A program made the translations under genes and the position numbers. A model generated the notes under the pieces. It did not search any database, was not told the DNA's origin, and was given only the letters and a program-made list of their open reading frames with translations. Of a stretch of DNA of 64,000 bases, positions 52,317 through 64,000 are shown in pieces (the first letter of the stretch is position 1; every line of letters begins with the position of its first letter). Source of the DNA: Bigelowiella natans CCMP2755 (Eukaryota; Protista; Cercozoa); assembly GCA_000320545.1 (NCBI GenBank), contig ADNK01002372.1:7630-71629 (forward strand), read 5' to 3'.

Positions 52317-52480
52317 GGCGTACACAGCTAGTAGCATTGCAGTCAAGATGACTGGAATGATCAAGCTTAGCACACCTCTATAATGTGCACTCGTGTGCAC
52401 GAGCAAGCCGTACGTTTGCGCCTCGAAAATGCTTCGTGTATAGCATCGTGGCAAATATTGTCCATGCATGCATGCTTCCT
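51650..52480. other. TpA-reduced, CTAG-rich island with two copies of the dispersed TIR-like repeat (51845-51908 on -, 52011-52131 on +)
   Basis: GACGGATGCAATGAA...TTGTTCAAT(G/A)G.CATCCT..(TG)TAGCTATGCAA occurs in both orientations and is homologous to the 16738, 17721 and 17892 copies. Confidence 0.7.
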
Positions 52481-52648
52481 TGGTGATGTGGCAATGGTTC
52501 TATCTGAGTAGCGATATTTAAGCTGCGGCAGCTGGGAGAGAAACCTTTCGTCGTAATGATGATGTCCCCGTGTGATCAATCCTCCGAATCTAAATCAATG
52601 GCAAACAATAGATGATATCGTATTGAAGCTCAGCATTTTCATCGTCAT

Positions 52649-52885
52649 TCAAGCATGAATAACCTTGATGGGCATTTCCTCTATTACGTACACGTCCTCA
52701 GTATTCCTATTGCCTTCATAGGATGTACGATGTTGTTGATTCAACTTAGTAGTAGCAATGTTTGAGTGCATAGTACGAGTTTGTGGTATTATCTTCTTGT
52801 GCGTCTGATGTAGAGTAGTAGTAGCGTCGTCTGGTCGTGAATAGTTTTGCACCCATGCCCTTGGTTCATGATGATGGGGAGATCT

Positions 52886-52919
<34 letters not shown>

Positions 52920-55900
52920 GAAGGAAGAGTCGTCCGACTCATATTTCCTACCCTCCTCATCAACGACGATGTATGAGTTGTGGGTGTTGCTGATGCTGCT
53001 GCTGGTGGTGGTGGTGGTTGCGGTTGTTTTGAAGTGGAAGAAAGCTGAGCAGCGAAGTCACTACTGGAATGATAATTATTCCGTCGTTCGGCAGTGCTCC
53101 TCCTCCCCCCTCTCCTCAGCGTCTGTTGGTTCAATGACGATGACAGCTTCTGTTCTACCCCTCTCTGCTGCTGCTGCTGCTGCTGCGGATAGCGATGATG
53201 ATGCTGGTGATGGCGGTGCGGGTGGCGATTTAGTTTGGAACTATTTTTACTCAAATTTAGAGTTTCTTCTTGAACTCGAGAATGATATTTTCCTTCTCTG
53301 TAACGATTGCTCGATCCAGATGAGGTTTCTTTCTTTTTATCGGTGTATTTTTTGGTCGTTGTAGTATCAGCTGCTCGCTCTTTTGTTGTGCTTTCTGACA
53401 CTTTTTTTACGGGAGGATGATGCCCCTCTCTATCATTAAATAATGTTGTTATTAGCAAAAGTCAAAAGCCAAGGAGGGAAGCAGCCGCGGTAACAAAAAG
53501 TAGTATCGTTATGTATCATGCGTAGTAACAAAGTATCGTCATGTATCATGCGTAGCAACAGCACTCCTTGACTCGTTAATCGAAGTTGTGCTGTTAAAGT
53601 AGTAGTACTGTTTTCTTATGATGACGGAGCTGGATGAATGCCGATAAGAAGAAGACCTGAATTGTGGTAGTGGAAACATCACATGACTATTATCTTCCCA
53701 CAAACCTACTTCATAACGATCAAGTGACTAATCATTTAACCAATCAGTACTCCTTGTTAATTTGATTTGAGAATAATTAATATGCTGCTAGTTTATATTT
53801 TGTTTTGCCAACCATCGAGATGTGGGCCGTGTCGGTTGAGGAGAGCTAAAAAGCATAAAAGCAGGAAAGACCGAAAAGGAAATGTAAACGATTCTTGTTA
53901 TCAATACTATCGTTTGAATTTGTCATCATTCAAATCCAATCATACAAAACCAAAATCCAATATGATAATAGAGTGATTCTTCTTCTTTAAAGGCAGCCAG
54001 CAGTCAGTGTGCTGCCAGTATATTGATGGTGATGGTGTTTATGATGATGATGATGTTGATGTCTTTGACTAGATGATAAGAGACTTAGACCTAGGAGGTC
54101 CCTCCTTATCTTCCACGCTGCTGCTTAAACCGCGGCGGCTTCTACGAAAAAATAAATATCTTTAATATCACATTGTCACGTAATGACTTCCTTGACTTTA
54201 CCAACTAAGAAATAACGGTGAATTGTTAGAGTTTGCTACTACTACTACTGCTACTACTACTACCACTACCACCTGTGGATTTTATTTCTGAGACTCGGAG
54301 TCGTAATAATGTGCTGCTGCTGCTGCTGCTGCATTGGTGATGGGTCACTCTGTTTTAGGCCGTGCTTCTTCCTGTTGTTATCCTTCATCGGTGTTGTCAT
54401 TGAAGTAGCCACGATTGCTCGAGAACCTCTCTCCTCCTCCTCTTCCTCCTCCTCCTCCTCCCTTCGGTTGTTGTTTCTGTTGGTGGTGTCTTTTATGTAC
54501 AAGTTGTCCTGCTTCTCTTTCAACCGATGATGATGTTGTCTCGAGGCGGCTAGTGGTTGCGATGATGATGATAAGACTGCATAGCAGCCCTCTCTTCCTC
54601 TTCCTTGTTCTTTAACACCCCCTCCTCCTACCCCCCCTTTGTTCTCTGCCATTTTCTTCCTAATTCTTTTCTCGTTATGTAGTGCTACGGCGTCGTCGTC
54701 ATCGTCATCAGCACCGCCTAATTGTCTTCCCGTCCTTTTCCTCATCATGTTGTTGTTGTTGTTGCCATTCTTCCCATAGGGTTGGGCTTGATACGTGCGC
54801 TCTCGCCGTAGATAATAATCAGAATCATGAAGATAATGGCGACGACGACTCCTATCAACACGACGTCGCAAGCGTGGTGGCGTTATCCGACTTTTACTCC
54901 TTTTCCTTTCGATCTGATTACATGAGGAGACACCCATCAATGCATGTAAAAGTAAAGATGAGACGAGCTACAACCAAAATGATGATGATAAAATTATTTG
55001 CTGCTACTGCTGCTGCTACTGTTTTATTGCTAATGTTCCTGAATGTTAGATATGATGATAACAACAACCTTTACTGCGATCTTCCTTGGGAGTAATCTAC
55101 TGGTACTGGTGTGGGCATTATTATGATGTTGATGTTTCTGTAGCGCACTTCTATCTTTAGCATCAATATTCTGTTGCTGCTTCCTCCAGTGCCTTCTGTA
55201 TGATCTTGATCCATCACCATCATTATCACGATGATCACCATCTCTATTCATATCCTCGCCTTCAACCTTACGCTGCTGCTGCCATTGTCCCTCTCGATGA
55301 CGACGCGCATGGTCGTAGTTGCGCCATTGATGATTACGCCTGAGCTCATCATCATCATCATCATCATCAAACTGTGCGTCCGATATTACAAGCCTCCTTT
55401 TCCTCCTCCTCCTCCTTCTTTCACGGGAATTTGTAGCAGCCCCACCACCATCATCATGATAATAATAATCATCATCATCACCACCACCATCCCCCACGAC
55501 CAACTTCTTGTTCTTACTATTCTGCTCATTGTGCTGCTGCTGCTGCTGTGGAGTATTGAGGAGGAGCTTCTTCCTGGTATTGGGGTTGTTTGTTGTTGAA
55601 GAAGATATCCTCCTTGTGGCCTCCTCCTGCTGCTGCCGTGGTCTCACAACATTATTATTATCATCATCATCATCATCGTAGCAGTAGTAGCCGTGCTTCT
55701 GAAGAGGTTGTTCATCTTTATTCAGCCGATAAGAACAAGAAGACCGACCAACGCCACCAGATCTACTTACATCGCGATGATGATGATAGTGATTATAGAG
55801 TGATTGCCCACGGGGAGAATGATGAGAGCAAGAAGGAGCAGCAGCAGGAGGAGCAAGAGGAGGAAGTGCTTGTCGTATCATTGGTCTATTAGAATGATAA

Positions 55901-56715
55901 TTATTAGAATATGATCGACGATGATCTTCTCCTCCCTGATGCTGTTGCTGCTGCTGCTGGTGGTGGTGTTTACTACTAGTAGTAGTACTATGACGATAAC
56001 GGCTGAGAGGAGGAGGGGGAGACACACTCCTCCTTGTCCTCCTCCTTGTCGTCATCCTCTTCACATCGCTTTGTCGTCGTTTGAGAATGAGCATGTTGCT
56101 ACTATTTGCAGTTTCCACCATATGTTGTGCAAACGATGAGCTATTGGCCTCTTTTTCTCGTCGTCCACTACCAGCACCAGCACCATAGTCTTCCCCCCTC
56201 CGTTTCTTGTTGTTGTTGCAGAAGGTGGTGGTTCCACTGATCTCCTTATTCTTATTCATAGTCTCTCTCTCCTCGTATGGATTCTGCTTCTTCTTCTTCT
56301 GTACCATACTACTTCCTACTACAAAGTCTTCCTCCTTTTTATTATCATTCTTCCTGTTCTTCGCAACCACGTTATTATTATTATTATTGTTGTTGTTGTT
56401 CTCGTCGGATCGATAGCCTCTACTACTGTTATTTCCAGTAGCTGGATGATGATGATGGCGATCATGATGATGATGATGATCCAGATTATCGTTTATTCGA
56501 TGATGATGATGATGATGGTGATGGTCATAATGAAGTTGCGGACTTTGCAGATCCTCTTCCTTTTGCTGTTGCCGCAGTGCCATGTGCCTCTGAGCAAGAA
56601 GCTTCTCCAATGCGTTTTCTGTGTGTATTATTACTACTATTACTATTACTATTACTATTATCATTGTTATTATCATCGTTATAATTATTAAATTATAATA
56701 ATTATTATCACTATT

Positions 56716-56753
<38 letters not shown>

Positions 56754-58095
56754 TGAGTAAGTGTGTGTGTGTGTGTGTAAGTAGTAGCTCCCATAACGCA
56801 GCATAAAAGAGGAGCTAATTCAACACTTTCTCAACATGCTTTCCGCAATCAGCAGATCATCGCCAACCATATTTATTGCTAGCTGTATTTTCCTACATTT
56901 GTCTTTCTGCCTCCGCTCCCCCCCTATCCCCAATTCTATGATTCTACTAAAGGGAGGCCTTGACTACTTTCGGGTATGTGCATCTCCACAGATAATTCCA
57001 TCTTCCTGCAATGGGGGTTATTTCAAGAATTAATAGCATGTGGCAAATGTAGAGGATGATTTAGGGTGGTGAATTAATAGCATGTGGCAAATGTAGAGGA
57101 TGATTTAGGGTGGTGGTGGTGGATTGATAGGATGATTTACGTACTGGTGGCTTTGTGGGTGAGCTAAAGTAACATTCTGTGAGGTTAGGGAAGACAACAA
57201 CAACAATATTTGTAGTAAAGATATAGAACTAGCAGCAGCATCAGGATCAGCATCAGCATCAGCAGCAGCAGCAGCAGTAATAGTAGTAGGAGTGGTAGGT
57301 ATTTGCCATGGTCGCTTGCTGCAACCTTATCATCATCATCATCATCATACTTGAGAGGTGATGATGATGATGATGATGATGATGCTATAGATATCATCAT
57401 TACCCAATCCAGGTTAAGAGATCATTAACGAATGCTCAAAATTGTGACTGACCTTCCTTAGGATGGTCTTATTTTCATCCTTTCTCTTCCTCCCCCTCGA
57501 TTGTGCTGCTTGCTCTTGTTGTTTCCACCCCCCCCTGCGTAGTGTCTAAAGCAGCATTATTTCAAGATATCAGAGCTGCCTAAGCACATCATCATCATCA
57601 TCATCATCATCATATCCTCTTTAGTGTTATCATTATTATTAGTATTGTTATTATTGGAGATTTCGATGATGATTGAGAGGGAGATGATGACATCGATGGT
57701 GATAAAGAAAACAAATAGAATAGATCCTAGTAATAGTGCGGCGGCTTGATGCTCATTCGACGATGTTGGTCATGAATGCGATTATTATCTTCGTACGTTC
57801 TGAATGATCACCTCGCTGCTGTTTTCTTTAACCACACACTCCCTCCAATCAAGATTTATCAGTGATCTACTGGACGAATGCTCCGGTGGTTGCGATGTTG
57901 ACGAGGTCGTCGATTCCCTTGATGAACTCTTTTCGTCTATGTTTCTTTGGCGTCCACCAGCCAATAATTCGGAGAGGGAAGACGATGATGCTGATGATGC
58001 TGATGGCTTATCATTCTTCCTCTTCGATACAATCAAAGAAGAAGATGCAGATGAACCCTGAGATTATAAAACATGTAGGTAAAATTTTGGAATAT

Positions 58096-58128
<33 letters not shown>

Positions 58129-58205
58129 CTGCAGCAACTTTTTGTTTTAGACTATGAAATAGCTCAAGATAGGTGAATATAATGAAGACTCATCATCTCT
58201 TTTTG

Positions 58206-58245
<40 letters not shown>

Positions 58246-59388
58246 ACACAACACTCTGCAGAGGCAGTACTGCGCTTAAATATTATGCAATACTTCAGAG
58301 CCAGTATGTATTTCATGAATGAGAACTATCAAGGAGGATATGATGACTACCAAATGACGCCGCATTGTTTCTAATGGGGGCCTAGAGTTGCAATCTTTTT
58401 CTGACTTTTTCGATGATGTTTGTGCGAGACTAATATTCTCGTTCACCTCCTGGCACGACGCGTACTTAAAAGGAGAATTCAAGATGGAGGCTGATCCATT
58501 ATATTTATGTTGTTGATCGTTGTTTCTCCTCTCCATAAATTGGCTAGGAGGATCGCCAGTATCTTCTCTTCCGTCTCCCCCTCCCTCCCCTCCTCCAGTC
58601 TTTTCTACTTTTCCGTCACAACCGTCCCCTGATCCTTCCGTCCGCTTTCCTCGTGCAACTGTTTAAAAAAAACACATATATAACCCGTCGTCACCAGGCT
58701 CACTGCAATTATAGTTTATCTTTGTGATGTAATAGCTTATGTATAAATTCCAATCGCCAAGGAAGTACGAAGACATGCAGTAGTGTTTCTATCACGTAAT
58801 CACTAAGACATGCAGTAGTGTTTCATATCACGTAATCGCACGCATACCTCTTGCAACATGTTGTCCTAAAGAAGTCATCTTATCCATCAGCAACCTCCCT
58901 ACGTTTCCCACAGACCATCCATGTCTCCTTGGTAGTGGCTATTAGAGTGAAGAGGTTAATTTTAGGCCGAATCGATCCAGAAATATATGTGTTAATTAAT
59001 CAACTCGTAGATCATCTTCCTGCACGGATTGCGGCAGTAGCAGCAGCAAACAGGAGCATTTTTCGGTAGAATGCTGGCTCATGTAATTGATGTCAATACC
59101 CTGATCGATGTATCAGCTAATATTTTGCGTAGATTGATGGGTCTTGGTGTCTAGCAGCGCGTAAACAAAGTTACTTGATGATGATCAAGGTCGGGGAATA
59201 CGATGGGGAGAGGAGAGATTCAAGGAAAAGAAGGGGAGGGGGGTAAGGATCAAGAAAGAGGAGAATGTACCCGAGTGCTGCTGAAGCGAGTGGGCATCAG
59301 GTCGTAGCTCGTTAGAACGCAAATTGCTGCTGCAGCAAAAATTGCAAATCTAGTGCTGGCCCTGATGCTGCCATTCAGGTTGATCCTT

Positions 59389-59424
<36 letters not shown>

Positions 59425-59471
59425 AACCTATCATAATGGTGATGATGATGCCTTCTCATTCGATGAACCAC
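52649..59471 (-). CDS. Hypothetical long low-complexity (His/Gln/Asn/Arg/Ser-rich) protein(s), multi-exon; boundaries uncertain
   Basis: Long same-strand ORFs 52649-53458, 54266-54940, 55030-56676, 57785-58036 and 58276-58536, plus a possible first exon 59250-59471 with a hydrophobic segment. No domain recognised; could be one or two genes. Confidence 0.5.
53502..53560. repeat. 29-bp tandem duplication (30-bp period)
   Basis: AGTATCGT(T/C)ATGTATCATGCGTAG(T/C)AACA twice. Confidence 0.85.
57028..57115. repeat. Perfect ~44-bp tandem duplication
   Basis: AATTAATAGCATGTGGCAAATGTAGAGGATGATTTAGGGTGGTG twice. Confidence 0.85.
58770..58838. repeat. Tandem duplication, ~36-bp period
   Basis: AAGACATGCAGTAGTGTTTC(A)TATCACGTAATC twice. 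Confidence 0.8.
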
Positions 59472-60358
59472 AGTCTTCAGGCTGCTGCATCATGCATGTG
59501 CTCCAGTGGAACAACCTCCCCAAGCTGGCTTGGAGACTGAGATCAGAGAGCAGTCGTTAGGAGGGGTGATCTGCCACGTTGTGTAGCATGTTGTTTATGT
59601 TGCCAAAGTAATTGAGATGTAGATATATATTTATGCCGGAAACTACTATATAAAGGAACTTGGATATGCATGACAGGAAAGGTAGTCACTTCGGTGTAAC
59701 AACATAGCTGGGAAGTCAAGGGCGCGAAAAGATTAACTAACTAACTAACAGGTATGAGACAACATCCACTATAACAATAATCACTTCGGTGAATAAATAT
59801 GGATGGGGCAGTCAAAGATGCAACTAGAATAAATAAGGTTCGAATTTAAGCTGATTCAATTGTCAAGATGTGTTGTTTGCATTGTTGTCATTTGTTAGCC
59901 GATGTTTACCGGTAATACAGTCCCAGAGATATTGGCAGCTAGTAGCTAAGTTACGAGATCATTGTTTGTGTTGTTTGTTTTTGGCTAATAATTATCAGCA
60001 TAATATCGTAGATCACAACAATAGGCTGTGAGCACCAACGTGGAATCATCATCACTCGCACCGGCATACCGACCGCCTCTGGACTTAAAAGACCCGCCGC
60101 CCTGTGCAATCGTAGAAGTAGGCCTGCTTGTAAAAGAAGAAGAAGGAGGGAAAGAGAGAAAGAGGGATAGCTTCGAAGATACATAAGCTCGCTACTATAG
60201 GTAATAGAGAAAGAGAAAAAAAATGAAGGAACATGCATAGTTTAGCGCCTCTCTCTTCTCCAACTACGAGTATTCATCATTTGTTGCAGTCGAACATACA
60301 ATAGGGAGAAACTCACTCAACCCCCCTCACACAGGACCAGGGATAACACAAATTAGAC

Positions 60359-64000
<3,642 letters not shown>

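Noticed and set aside
57060-57110. TTTAGGG telomere-like words
   Set aside because: Single units inside a 44-bp tandem duplication, not an array.
59995-60060. Possible C/D-box snoRNA on the minus strand (GTGATGA...CTGA)
   Set aside because: ATGATGA-like words are ubiquitous here because of (ATG)n repeats. No terminal stem or rRNA-complementary guide was recognised.

Overview
Eukaryotic nuclear DNA with GT-AG introns from a flagellated protist. A cercozoan/chlorarachniophyte-like lineage is my guess, not demonstrated. Protein-coding genes in order: secreted coiled-coil protein (-), divergent V-ATPase subunit B (+), cytosolic HSP90 (+), CDC123/R2K-type ATP-grasp protein with an N-terminal WH2-like motif (+), CNX1-like MoeA(E)-MogA(G) molybdenum-cofactor protein (-), flavin-reductase-like protein (+), HIRA (-), axonemal inner-arm dynein heavy chain DNAH10 (+), a long low-complexity gene (-) and VPS11 (+, truncated by the window end). 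The main non-genic signal is a set of intergenic islands, all downstream of gene 3' ends, where TpA is almost eliminated while CpG is kept. By hand count there are about 11 TpA in 5281-8640 and none in 6520-8065. Surviving TpA sites are mostly CTAG, and short TAGC-like micro-insertions are common. Paralogous repeat copies inside the window differ preferentially by TA vs TG/CA. This suggests a TpA-targeted T:A->C:G hypermutation process acting on transposon relics, opposite in direction to fungal RIP. Exon coordinates and counts were read by eye and need computational confirmation.
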